This document shows, one piece after another, positions 7,235-15,059 of a stretch of 32,000 bases of DNA. A program made the position numbers and the translations under genes. This stretch comes from Candidatus Saccharimonadota bacterium. Lineage in GTDB: Bacteria; Patescibacteriota; Saccharimonadia; Saccharimonadales; Saccharimonadaceae. The notes below the pieces were generated by a model. It was not told the DNA's origin and ran no database searches. It saw only the letters and a program-made list of their open reading frames with translations. The DNA is taken from positions 900,001 through 932,000 of the forward strand of contig JAIUPJ010000001.1 in NCBI GenBank assembly GCA_020160975.1. Reading direction: 5' to 3'. How positions within the stretch are numbered: position 1 is the first letter of the stretch; the number at the start of each line of letters is the position of its first letter.

Positions 7235-8771
7235 GACGTTTTTTCGCTCGACGCTCCGCAGTTTTTCGCTGAATAATCGCTGCAGCATTGGTGAGCCGTC
7301 CGAGAATGCCGCCTTTTCTTAGCTGTGCTCGCAACTTCATACGTGCGTGTCCAGTCATAATGTGCTGTTGCCAGTCTTGATTTGGTTTAGCGTGTTTGTT
7401 GGTGAGAACCTCGATGACGTCACCGTGCTTGAGCTGATAATTAAACGGCTCCATTTTGCCGTTAACCATGAAGCCGCTGGCTCTGGCAGCCACATCGCTG
7501 TGGACGCGATACGCATAGTCGAGAGGAAAAGCGCCAGCGGGTAGATCGTAAATATCGCCTTTTGGGGAGTAGACAAAGATGCGATCGCCAAATAGATCAA
7601 CCTTGAGGTCTTCTTCGTTAAACTCTTTGCCTTCTTTGATCAGCGAAGCGGCATGCTGGAGGTCTGCAATCCAGTGCAAGTCGGCGGGTAGCTGTGCAAT
7701 CGTCCCTTTTTTATAGGCATCTGAAAGCTTCTGTTCGTTATAGTGAAAGCTTGCGGCCAGCCCACGCTCGGCATAATCGTGCATCTCATGAGTACGCACT
7801 TGAAATTCGACTGGCTGACCCGAATGGGCGATCACCGTCGTGTGGAGGCTTTGGTAGCCGTTTGGCTTTGGTTGAGCGATGTAATCTTTGATACGATCGA
7901 CCATCGGTTCGTACATGCTATGAAGTTCGCCGAGCACTAGGTAGCAGGTAGAGACATCGTCGACCACGATGCGTAGCGCCATGAGATCGTAGATGTCGTC
8001 AATATTTGGCACACGCTTCATTTTTTTGTAAAGGCTATAGACGCTTTTGACACGACCGTCGATTTCGTGGGGTATTTTTTCTTGATTCAGGTGGTCTTCG
8101 ACTTCGCGGCGGACGCGCTCGAGTTTTCGTTTGCTTTTCTTGAGCCGGCTGGCCATCAGAGTCTTGGTATTTGCAAATTCCTTTGGAGAGAGATACTGAA
8201 AACTGAGCTCTTCGAGCTGCACGCGCACCCGTCCCATGTTGAGTCGGTCGGCGAGCGGCGCAAAAACCTCGATTGTTTCACGGGCAATTTTTTTCTGTTT
8301 GGGCGGTGATTTGTACTGGAGGGTTTGCATATTGTGCAGTCGGTCGGCGAGCTTGATGATTATGACGCGGATGTCTTGGCCGACCGCGATCAGTAGCTTG
8401 GTGAGATTATCGCGAGTCTGAGGTAAATAGCTCTCGAGATCGCGCATGCCGGCGCGTGCCTGACTAACTTTTGTAACGCCATCGACAAGAAATGCCACAT
8501 CGCGGCTAAAAAGATGTTCGATGTGATCGAGTGCGGCAGGGGTGTCCTCGATGGTGTCGTGGAGTACTCCGGCAACAATCGTATCGATATCCATACCCCA
8601 TTCAATCAGAAGCGCCGCAACATGAAGAGGATGAGTAATGTAGGGCGCGCCACTTTTGCGGAGTTGCCCTTCGTGCATCTCTGTTGCATAATCGATAGCG
8701 CGTTCCAGCACTTCTAGCTGCTGCTGGCTGTAGTGGGATTTGGCGACTCTCAGCAACTCGTGTTTATCCAT
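7224..8771 (-). CDS. relA: RelA/SpoT-homolog (p)ppGpp synthetase/hydrolase, short form (HD-SYNTH-TGS only)
   Basis: HD hydrolase motifs (HPLHVAALL, HDTIEDT), synthetase motifs (LMALRIVV, GYQSLHTTV, EFQVRTHEMH), TGS domain (IFVYSPKGDIYDLPAGAFPLDYAY...NGKMEPFNYQLKHGDVIEV). Ends about 70 aa later in a basic tail. Confidence 0.92.
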   Translation of the reverse strand: MDKHELLRVAKSHYSQQQLEVLERAIDYATEMHEGQLRKSGAPYITHPLHVAALLIEWGMDIDTIVAGVLHDTIEDTPAALDHIEHLFSRDVAFLVDGVTKVSQARAGMRDLESYLPQTRDNLTKLLIAVGQDIRVIIIKLADRLHNMQTLQYKSPPKQKKIARETIEVFAPLADRLNMGRVRVQLEELSFQYLSPKEFANTKTLMASRLKKSKRKLERVRREVEDHLNQEKIPHEIDGRVKSVYSLYKKMKRVPNIDDIYDLMALRIVVDDVSTCYLVLGELHSMYEPMVDRIKDYIAQPKPNGYQSLHTTVIAHSGQPVEFQVRTHEMHDYAERGLAASFHYNEQKLSDAYKKGTIAQLPADLHWIADLQHAASLIKEGKEFNEEDLKVDLFGDRIFVYSPKGDIYDLPAGAFPLDYAYRVHSDVAARASGFMVNGKMEPFNYQLKHGDVIEVLTNKHAKPNQDWQQHIMTGHARMKLRAQLRKGGILGRLTNAAAIIQRKTAERRAKKRQKK

Positions 8772-8777
8772 GCATAT

Positions 8778-8783
8778 AGTATA
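8778..8783 (-). promoter_or_regulatory. -10 element TATACT, 6 nt before the rel ATG (leaderless configuration)
   Basis: The minus strand reads caggTATACTatatgcATG. Confidence 0.45.
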
Positions 8784-8805
8784 CCTGTTTTTGGGATGTG
8801 TGCTG

Positions 8806-8811
8806 TATACT
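8806..8811 (+). promoter_or_regulatory. -10 element TATACT for gap
   Basis: gtgctgTATACTagagg lies 44 nt upstream of ATG 8856, with an AAGGGAAGGG SD. It is divergent from the rel promoter. Confidence 0.45.
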
Positions 8812-8855
8812 AGAGGATAAAGAGCTAACGCTTAAGGGAAGGGAAAAACACAAGT

Positions 8856-9872
8856 ATGATTCGAATCGCAATTAACGGGTTTGGCCGAATTGGGCGCAAT
8901 GCGTTTAAGATTGCTTTTGAGCGGCAAGACGTCGAGGTAGTGGCCATCAATGATTTGACGGACACGAAAACACTGGCGCATCTGCTCAAGCACGATAGCA
9001 GCTACGGGACATACGCGCATGAAGTTGGTCATGACGAAACAGGCATCATTGTAGACGGCAAGCACATTGCGGTGTTGGCTGAAAAAGAGCCGAGCGCATT
9101 GCCATGGCATGATCACCAGGTAGATGTAGTAATTGAATCGACCGGATTTTTCGTCGATCCTGCCAAAGCCCAAGCGCATATCGATGCCGGCGCCAAAAAA
9201 GTCGTGATCTCGGCACCTGCAAAAGGCGATGGAGCAGACACGATCGTACTGGGTGTTAATGAAGACAAGATCGCAGGTAGTACACCGGTAATCTCCAACG
9301 CCAGTTGCACAACGAACTGTATCACACCAGTGATGGCCGTGCTTGAGAGTGAGTTTGGTATCGAGAAAGCGATGATGACAACTGTGCATAGCTACACGGC
9401 AAGTCAGCGACTGCAGGATGCACCGGCCAAAGATTTACGTGAGGCGCGTGCTGCAGCGGAGAACATTGTTCCAACAACTACTGGCGCATCGATTGCGGCA
9501 GGCAAGGCATTACCCGCCATTGATGGCAAATTTGGTGGTCTGTCAGTCCGTGTCCCGACACCAGTCGTGAGCATGAGTGATTTCGTAGTATTGCTCAAGC
9601 GTGACGTTACCATTGAGGAAGTTAACCAAGTGTTTCGGGATGCAGCCGAAAAACCGTTTTATCAAGGGATTCTGGATGTAACAGAAGAGGAGTTGGTGTC
9701 GAGCGACTTTCGCGGCAACAGCCACAGTTGCATCATTGATCTGCCGCTGACAAATGTTGTAGGAGGTAACCTCCTCAAGGTAGTGGCGTGGTATGACAAC
9801 GAATGGGGATACAGTAATCGTCTAGTTGAGCTCGTTGCTGACGCTGGTCGGGCAGTCCAGAATCAACAGTAA
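8856..9872 (+). CDS. gap: glyceraldehyde-3-phosphate dehydrogenase
   Basis: INGFGRIGR NAD fold, active-site SNASCTTNC, WYDNEWGYS C-terminal signature. Confidence 0.96.
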   Translation: MIRIAINGFGRIGRNAFKIAFERQDVEVVAINDLTDTKTLAHLLKHDSSYGTYAHEVGHDETGIIVDGKHIAVLAEKEPSALPWHDHQVDVVIESTGFFVDPAKAQAHIDAGAKKVVISAPAKGDGADTIVLGVNEDKIAGSTPVISNASCTTNCITPVMAVLESEFGIEKAMMTTVHSYTASQRLQDAPAKDLREARAAAENIVPTTTGASIAAGKALPAIDGKFGGLSVRVPTPVVSMSDFVVLLKRDVTIEEVNQVFRDAAEKPFYQGILDVTEEELVSSDFRGNSHSCIIDLPLTNVVGGNLLKVVAWYDNEWGYSNRLVELVADAGRAVQNQQ

Positions 9873-9887
9873 AGCAAAGGGGTGGGA

Positions 9888-10649
9888 ATGACGCGATTTA
9901 TCCATCGGAGTCTGAAACAACAGGTAACTAATCGAGGATTTACGATCGTTGAGTTAATTATGGTTGTCGTTGTAATTGCGATCTTGGCGGCGATTGTGAT
10001 TGTTGCCTACAACGGCTCTCAGCGTCGGGCGATGGACGGGCAGGTACAGCAGACAATCTCTGATGCGCGCAAGAGTCTCCAGGTTTATTACGCGTTTAAC
10101 AACAACTATCCACCAAATATCGCGAATACTGAATACGCACCGCCACTCACAGTTGCAGTTGTGTTGTATACAGATGCTCCGCAGTTACCGATTTATTCTG
10201 GCTTGTCTACCAGTCAGAATGCCCAGTTGTTTCTCAATGCCTGCAATGGGTTTATGCCGATTGTGGATAATGGCACGACGTACAATACCTCCTGTGTCTA
10301 CAATGGAAACAACGAGCATATCAAAGGCACGCAGAGCTCGAATGTCGTGATTCATGGCCCGATAATTAACGAGTCGGACTTTGTGTTGACGTGTGGAGGG
10401 GCGTGTACGGCAACACAAAATAACATCATCAGTACCTTCAAGGCACAGGGCGGGTCATTCCCGGTAACAGTGCCGAAAAAAGGCAGTACACTGCCGTCAC
10501 CAACATCGCTTGCAACCACGGGCCCCGCGTCTGATTACTGTCTAGAAGGTCGAGCTCCTCAGTTTCGCGATGTGATTTATCATGCTACCCCAGACGAGGC
10601 AGTCACCAAAGGCCCTTGTCCCACGACACCTACGCTGCATTACCCGTGA
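9888..10649 (+). CDS. type IV pilin-like protein (prepilin N-terminal cleavage/methylation domain)
   Basis: Leader ...VTNRG|FTIVELIMVVVVIAILAAIVIVAY: G-1, F+1, E+5, hydrophobic alpha1-N. Six Cys in the C-terminal globular part. ATG 9888 is preferred over GTG 9882 because of the AAAGGGG SD spacing. Confidence 0.85.
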   Translation: MTRFIHRSLKQQVTNRGFTIVELIMVVVVIAILAAIVIVAYNGSQRRAMDGQVQQTISDARKSLQVYYAFNNNYPPNIANTEYAPPLTVAVVLYTDAPQLPIYSGLSTSQNAQLFLNACNGFMPIVDNGTTYNTSCVYNGNNEHIKGTQSSNVVIHGPIINESDFVLTCGGACTATQNNIISTFKAQGGSFPVTVPKKGSTLPSPTSLATTGPASDYCLEGRAPQFRDVIYHATPDEAVTKGPCPTTPTLHYP

Positions 10650-10653
10650 GTGC

Positions 10654-10682
10654 TTTACAGCCTTGGTGATAGCGCTTATACT
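10654..10682 (+). promoter_or_regulatory. promoter TTTACA-17-TATACT, 6 nt before the rpiB ATG (leaderless configuration)
   Basis: TTTACA at 10654-10659, a 17-nt spacer, TATACT at 10677-10682, tagggt, then ATG 10689. Confidence 0.6.
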
Positions 10683-10688
10683 TAGGGT

Positions 10689-11150
10689 ATGAAGATTTTT
10701 CTCGGTGCTGACCACGGCGGCTACTATTTGAAAGAAAAGATCGCCGCCTATCTCAGCAAACACGGCTATGAGTGGGAAGATGTTGGCGACAAAGAGCTTG
10801 ACCCACAAGATGACTTTCCACAGTTTGCGCAGATGGCCGCAACAAAAGTGCTTGGTGAGGACGAAAAGACAGATCCGAGGGCGATTCTGATTTGCACCGG
10901 AGGTCAGGGTATGGCAATGGCGGCAAATCGATTCCGCGGCATACGCGCAGCGGTCATATGGGATTCATTCGAGGCCAAGGAGTCTCGCAATGATAACGAC
11001 AGCAACGTATTGTGTCTGCCGGCCCGTGTACTCGATTCACCAGGCGACGACCTCGAGATTTGGAAAGACATTATCGATACCTGGATCGGCACGCCATTTG
11101 CTGGTGCTGCTCGATACGCTAGGCGCAATGCAGAATTGGATAAGTTCTAA
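10689..11150 (+). CDS. rpiB: ribose-5-phosphate isomerase B
   Basis: MKIFLGADHGGYYLKEKI..., ILICTGGQGMAMAANR, LCLPARV: RpiB/LacAB family signature. Confidence 0.9.
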   Translation: MKIFLGADHGGYYLKEKIAAYLSKHGYEWEDVGDKELDPQDDFPQFAQMAATKVLGEDEKTDPRAILICTGGQGMAMAANRFRGIRAAVIWDSFEAKESRNDNDSNVLCLPARVLDSPGDDLEIWKDIIDTWIGTPFAGAARYARRNAELDKF

Positions 11151-11794
11151 TGACGGCGATTGCCCCTGCGATTCTGTGTGAAACTGAAGATGAATACAAG
11201 GCGACGATTGAGCGGCTTCATCCGTTTGCTAAGCGCGTCCATATTGATTTGACCGATGGTGAATTCGCTCCGACTTTTACGGTTGGAGTCAATCAAATCT
11301 GGTGGCCTGCTGAGTGGGAAGTAGACATCCATGCCATGGTGGCGCGTCCATCGCAATACGTGGCGGCATTGATTCAACTTAAGCCATCTACTGTCATATT
11401 TCATGCCGAGGCCTCAGAAGATTTGACGACGACACTGCAGCAGCTCAAGGCTGCGGGAATCAAGGCGGGGGTGGCACTGCTGCGTCCTACAGTACCGAGC
11501 ACAGTGCAATCGTATATCGAAGCCGCCGATCATGTGTTGGTGTTTTCGGGTGATCTTGGTCACTACGGCGGGACAGCGAGCTTGATGCAGCTCGAAAAAG
11601 TCCGCTTGATCCGTAACATTCATCCCACCGTCGAAGTTGGCTGGGATGGCGGTGCAAATCTTGAGAATGCCTTTAGTTTGTCGCAAGGTGGTATTGATGT
11701 CGTAAATTGTGGGGGAGCCATTAACACTGCGGCTGATCCAGCAGTCGCATTTCGGCAACTAACGGAAGAAATTAATAAGCACGCGGTGATTTAG
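11150..11794 (+). CDS. rpe: ribulose-phosphate 3-epimerase-like protein (divergent)
   Basis: IAPAIL...HIDLTDGEFAP..T.G, DIHAMV, VGWDGG: TIM-barrel Rpe-like metal/catalytic positions retained. The start overlaps the rpiB stop by 1 nt (TAATG). Confidence 0.75.
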   Translation: MTAIAPAILCETEDEYKATIERLHPFAKRVHIDLTDGEFAPTFTVGVNQIWWPAEWEVDIHAMVARPSQYVAALIQLKPSTVIFHAEASEDLTTTLQQLKAAGIKAGVALLRPTVPSTVQSYIEAADHVLVFSGDLGHYGGTASLMQLEKVRLIRNIHPTVEVGWDGGANLENAFSLSQGGIDVVNCGGAINTAADPAVAFRQLTEEINKHAVI

Positions 11795-11802
11795 GGAGGT
11801 AT

Positions 11803-12654
11803 ATGCTAACGGAACGCCAGATCGAGCAAAAAGCCAACGAGATCCGAAAGAGTATCATCCGGATGCTTGAAGCAGCCGGTAGTGGGCATAGCGCTGGCCC
11901 GCTGGGGCTAGCCGATTTGCTTGCGACACTGTATTTTGGCGTGCTGAATGTCGATCCGAAACAGCCGGAGAAGTCTGATAGAGATGTATTTTTTCTGAGT
12001 AACGGCCACTGTGTGCCAGTCCAGTATGCCGCCATGGCTGAAGCAGGGTTTTTCCCGAAAGAAGAATTATTGACTCTCCGCAAATGGGGCTCCCGTCTAC
12101 AAGGTCACCCTGAGCGCACGAAGTTACCTGGGCTGGAAAACACAAGCGGTCCGCTGGGATGCGGCATTGGACAGGGGGCTGGCTATGCCTATGCACTCCA
12201 GTACCTCGACCATCAGCCGCATCGCTGGGTCTATGTTGTCACTGGTGACGGCGAGCTGAACGAAGGCAACATTTGGGAATCAATTATGTTCGCCGGCAAG
12301 TATAAGCTCAGTCAGCTGATCGTGTTCGTTGACCGCAATAATATTCAGATTGATGGCCCAACTGAGCAGGTTATGCCACTTGAGAACCTGCATGCAAAAT
12401 GGGAATCCTTTGGTTGGCATGTTCAGGAAATCGATGGACACAATATCGAAAGTATTTTGGACGCTGTGGGGATGGCTAAGGCAATTGAAAATCGTCCAAG
12501 CGTCATCATTACCCATACAATTCCAGGAAAAAATGTCGATTTTATGGAATACAATTACAAATGGCACGGTATTCCGCCCAATAAAGAACAAGCCAAGGTA
12601 GCACTGAAAGAGCTGCGGACCATGGGCGGCAAGATACGCGCCGAGCACGAATAA
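11803..12654 (+). CDS. tkt: transketolase, N-terminal (TPP-binding) subunit
   Basis: AGSGHSAGPLGLADLL, FFLSNGH, GPLGCGIGQGAG, VVTGDGELNEGNIWE: split-type transketolase N half. GGGAGG SD. Confidence 0.92.
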   Translation: MLTERQIEQKANEIRKSIIRMLEAAGSGHSAGPLGLADLLATLYFGVLNVDPKQPEKSDRDVFFLSNGHCVPVQYAAMAEAGFFPKEELLTLRKWGSRLQGHPERTKLPGLENTSGPLGCGIGQGAGYAYALQYLDHQPHRWVYVVTGDGELNEGNIWESIMFAGKYKLSQLIVFVDRNNIQIDGPTEQVMPLENLHAKWESFGWHVQEIDGHNIESILDAVGMAKAIENRPSVIITHTIPGKNVDFMEYNYKWHGIPPNKEQAKVALKELRTMGGKIRAEHE

Positions 12655-12677
12655 TCAAAGTAATCAGGAGAGTCATC

Positions 12678-13622
12678 ATGACGCCACAATCACCAGTACC
12701 AAGCGACCAGTCATCATTACCAGAACAGAATTCATTTGTTCCCACGCCTCCACAACCATCGTATGAGCAGCCACCACTGATGGCTCAGCCATCTACACCT
12801 GGCGTAGGAGCGCCCTATCAAGTGGCAGCAGAAAATCCTGGCAAGACACTGGGTATCGTTAGTATTGTTCTCGGTGCACTTATGATCTGGGTTGTCGGTC
12901 TGCCGCTTGGTATCGTCTCGATCGTCAAGTCGCGCAAAGCACAAGCATCTCCCATGCTTGGGATCATTGGAACGATCTTGAACGCGCTCGCGATTATCGG
13001 CTCGATTATTCTCGTCATGCTTGTTGTCATGGCGTATGGCGGTTTGAAAGAGAGCGCAAAAGAGGTACAGCAAGAAGCAATGAGTAACCAGGCTAAACTG
13101 GATGCGGAGACGCAATCGGCTGTGGGTGGTCTAGATGTGCCGATTACCGAACCTTACAAAGTGACAAAGGGTGACGGCAATGCCTACTGGTCATTCCCGG
13201 CACCGCCGAGCGGCTGGAAGCTTGTTACGTTTGATAAAGAAGGGGTCAATACTATCCAGCGTACTGATGATTCCGCGCAGTTCACCTCATACCAAGGGAT
13301 TGAGTCGATTACTGGCACTGACGAGGAGGCGACACGCACCGGCATCAACACCTATTTGACGGCACTCAGTGCCAAGAAGGTTGGTGCGGAGTCTTCGATG
13401 ATTATTTCACGCATGTCAGATGGCAAATCGGTTGAGTTTATCACCCAAAACTACACATTCTTGGCGCCAGATAGCGTACCGGCAAAAGGCCGTATTGCGG
13501 GGCGAGTATTTGACAACGGGCATGTGCTGCTCGTGGCATACTATGCTCTCGAAGATACATTTAGTGAAACAGACTGGGATAGCCTCACCGCCAAGCTTCA
13601 CATCAACGATGGAGTGATGTAA
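12678..13622 (+). CDS. hypothetical membrane protein (Pro/Gln-rich N-terminus, DUF4190-like double-TM segment, unknown C-terminal domain)
   Basis: The N-terminus PQSPVPSDQSSLPEQNSFVPTPPQPSYEQPP is followed by GIVSIVLGALMIWVVGLPLGIVSIVKSRKA and LGIIGTILNALAIIGSIILVMLVV, then about 185 aa with no motif I recognise. AGGAG SD. Its stop abuts the tkt-C ATG. Confidence 0.75.
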   Translation: MTPQSPVPSDQSSLPEQNSFVPTPPQPSYEQPPLMAQPSTPGVGAPYQVAAENPGKTLGIVSIVLGALMIWVVGLPLGIVSIVKSRKAQASPMLGIIGTILNALAIIGSIILVMLVVMAYGGLKESAKEVQQEAMSNQAKLDAETQSAVGGLDVPITEPYKVTKGDGNAYWSFPAPPSGWKLVTFDKEGVNTIQRTDDSAQFTSYQGIESITGTDEEATRTGINTYLTALSAKKVGAESSMIISRMSDGKSVEFITQNYTFLAPDSVPAKGRIAGRVFDNGHVLLVAYYALEDTFSETDWDSLTAKLHINDGVM

Positions 13623-14621
13623 ATGACTCAGTACCCGCTCAACACCAAACTTTATTCTGATGATCCCGACGTCGAGCCGACTCGCACTGGATTTGGCCGG
13701 GGGCTAAAGGTAGCGGGTGAAACAAACACAGCTGTTGTGGGACTCTGCGCTGATTTGGTAGAAAGTGTGCAAATGCATGTGTTTGCCGAGGCGTTTCCCG
13801 AGCGATATATCGAGATTGGGGTGGCCGAGCAAAACTTAGCAGCGGTGGCTGCTGGACTAGCGCGTGCCGGCAAAATTCCGTTCGCAGCTAGCTACGCGGC
13901 ATTTAGCCCTGGGCGCAACTGGGAGCAGATCAAGACCATGACCGCACTTAACGAGTTGCCAGTCAAGATGGTTGGGGCGCATGCTGGTTCGACAGTCGGC
14001 CCAGATGGAGCTACCCACCAGATGTTTGAAGATATCGCCATGATGCGAGTGATGCCGAATATGACAGTGGTGTGCCCAGGTGATTCAGTTGAGGCCGAGA
14101 AAGCTACCATAGCGCTGGCAGAACATCCCGGTGCTTGCTATCTACGCATTGCCAGGGAGAAGACGCCGATATTTAGCACGCATGAAAGCCCGTTCGAGAT
14201 TGGCAAAGCCTATGTACTACGGGAGGGAAACGACGTGACGATTCTTTCAACAGGTATTGAAACCCCCTATGCTTTGAAAGCCGCCCAAGCGCTAGCAAAA
14301 GATGGCATTGATGCCGAGGTTGTACACGTCCCGACCGTCAAGCCGCTCGATACTAAGACGATTCTGATGAGTATCAAAAAAACTGGCCGTGCAGTGAGTT
14401 GTGAAGATGCACAGGCGGCGGGGGGGTTTGGCGGAGTGATTGCAGAGCTGCTATGCGACGAAATGCCTGCGCCGCTCCTCCGAATTGGGATCGATGATCG
14501 CTACGGCGAGTCAGGTGCGCCGTTGGAGGTGCACCAAAAACTTGGCTTAGCAGATGACTCGATCGCCACGCGTACGAAAGAATTTGTAGCTAGTCGTCCC
14601 CAATACAAGCCTGGCTTTTAA
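13623..14621 (+). CDS. tkt: transketolase, C-terminal (pyrimidine-binding + C-terminal domain) subunit
   Basis: FGRGL, ERYIEIGVAEQNLAAVAAGLA, GPDGATHQ, VHVPTVKPLD: split-type transketolase C half. Confidence 0.92.
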   Translation: MTQYPLNTKLYSDDPDVEPTRTGFGRGLKVAGETNTAVVGLCADLVESVQMHVFAEAFPERYIEIGVAEQNLAAVAAGLARAGKIPFAASYAAFSPGRNWEQIKTMTALNELPVKMVGAHAGSTVGPDGATHQMFEDIAMMRVMPNMTVVCPGDSVEAEKATIALAEHPGACYLRIAREKTPIFSTHESPFEIGKAYVLREGNDVTILSTGIETPYALKAAQALAKDGIDAEVVHVPTVKPLDTKTILMSIKKTGRAVSCEDAQAAGGFGGVIAELLCDEMPAPLLRIGIDDRYGESGAPLEVHQKLGLADDSIATRTKEFVASRPQYKPGF

Positions 14622-14625
14622 GATC

Positions 14626-14656
14626 GAGAAAATGAAAACGGCCCACCGAAAGGGCT
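14626..14656 (-). terminator. hairpin + U-tract terminator candidate for the 81-aa gene
   Basis: The minus strand reads agccc-tttcggt-gggcc followed by GTTTTCATTTTCTC. The stem is only 4-5 bp. Confidence 0.4.
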
Positions 14657-14662
14657 CAAGCG

Positions 14663-14684
14663 CGAATGTGATTGAACACATTCG
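14663..14684. other. perfect 8-bp hairpin cgaatgtg-N6-cacattcg between the tkt-C stop and the 81-aa gene stop
   Basis: Read directly. There is no adjacent U-tract on either strand, so its role (processing or termination) is unclear. Confidence 0.35.
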
Positions 14685-14710
14685 GCGAACCGTTTTCGAT
14701 GGGCTTTTCC

Positions 14711-14956
14711 TCAGTCGGGGATAAGGAGCGAGCCGATGAGCCCCACGACGAAGCTGCCGAGCCACCACCCGAGGAAGTCTGTTCCGTGGTTCTGTGCCCA
14801 GCTGTACTGGACGATGGCGATGAACAGGATCGCGGCGATCACGATGAGGAGCTCGACGATCACGGGGAGCCTGTCGTGATAGGAAATCAGCGCGATCGCC
14901 ACCAGGACGGGAGCGAAGAACGAAAGAACAACCAGGGCGAAGAGAAATGCCTCCAT
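14711..14956 (-). CDS. 81-aa three-helix membrane protein, GC3-rich (foreign-looking), function unknown
   Basis: Three hydrophobic helices (FLFALVVLSFFAPVLVAIALI; VIVELLIVIAAILFIAIV; FLGWWLGSFVVGLIGSLLI). Nearly every codon ends in G/C, unlike its neighbours. It has its own consensus promoter and terminator. The overlapping 170-aa and 96-aa track ORFs are Arg-rich or acidic out-of-frame shadows. Confidence 0.65.
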   Translation of the reverse strand: MEAFLFALVVLSFFAPVLVAIALISYHDRLPVIVELLIVIAAILFIAIVQYSWAQNHGTDFLGWWLGSFVVGLIGSLLIPD

Positions 14957-14972
14957 GGCTAGCCAACTTTCT

Positions 14973-14993
14973 GAGGTGCGCTGATCGCACCTC
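14973..14993 (-). promoter_or_regulatory. perfect 8-bp hairpin in the 5' leader of the 81-aa gene
   Basis: gaggtgcg-N5-cgcacctc. It lies 17 nt upstream of ATG 14956 on the minus strand. Its arms resemble an SD (GAGGTG) and the anti-SD (CACCTC). Confidence 0.4.
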
Positions 14994-15030
14994 GGTAGAA
15001 TGAACCGGAAATTGCGAACAGCTAAATCTC

Positions 15031-15059
15031 ATTATAGCATACATATATAAAAATGTCAA
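15031..15059 (-). promoter_or_regulatory. consensus sigma70-type promoter TTGACA-17-TGcTATAAT driving the 81-aa gene
   Basis: The minus strand reads TTGACAtttttatatatgtaTGcTATAAT (-35 at 15054-15059, -10 at 15031-15036). A second TTGACA lies at 15067-15072. Confidence 0.7.

Noticed and set aside
8832-9389. A 185-aa minus-strand ORF, and similar antisense ORFs inside trxB (2300-2773), uvrB (19997-20530, 20677-21171), gatB (26224-26700), galU (26791-27168), pfkB (16619-17002), the GH13 gene (21912-22388, plus strand) and tkt (12280-12648, 11772-12083)
   Set aside because: Each overlaps a gene with strong family motifs on the opposite strand. The translations are Cys/His/Arg-rich or low-complexity, and none has its own initiation signals.
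11150-11794. The possibility that the rpe-like gene is inactive, because DGHF is replaced by DGEF
   Set aside because: The residues I recall as metal or catalytic ligands (H-x-D in HIDLTD, the His in DIHAM, the Asp in GWDGG) are present. The substituted His is not one of them as far as I recall. I therefore kept the call as a divergent but probably functional epimerase, at moderate confidence.
14547-15059. A 170-aa minus-strand ORF spanning the tkt-C 3' end, the 81-aa gene and its promoter
   Set aside because: It is Arg/Pro-rich (RRAPHRDRRDPVHRHRP), which is characteristic of an off-frame read through GC-rich DNA. It overlaps the tkt-C coding sequence, and its start lies inside the -35 element. 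The in-phase 81-aa hydrophobic frame is far more protein-like. The plus-strand 96-aa ORF 14672-14962 (acidic, low complexity) is rejected for the same reason.
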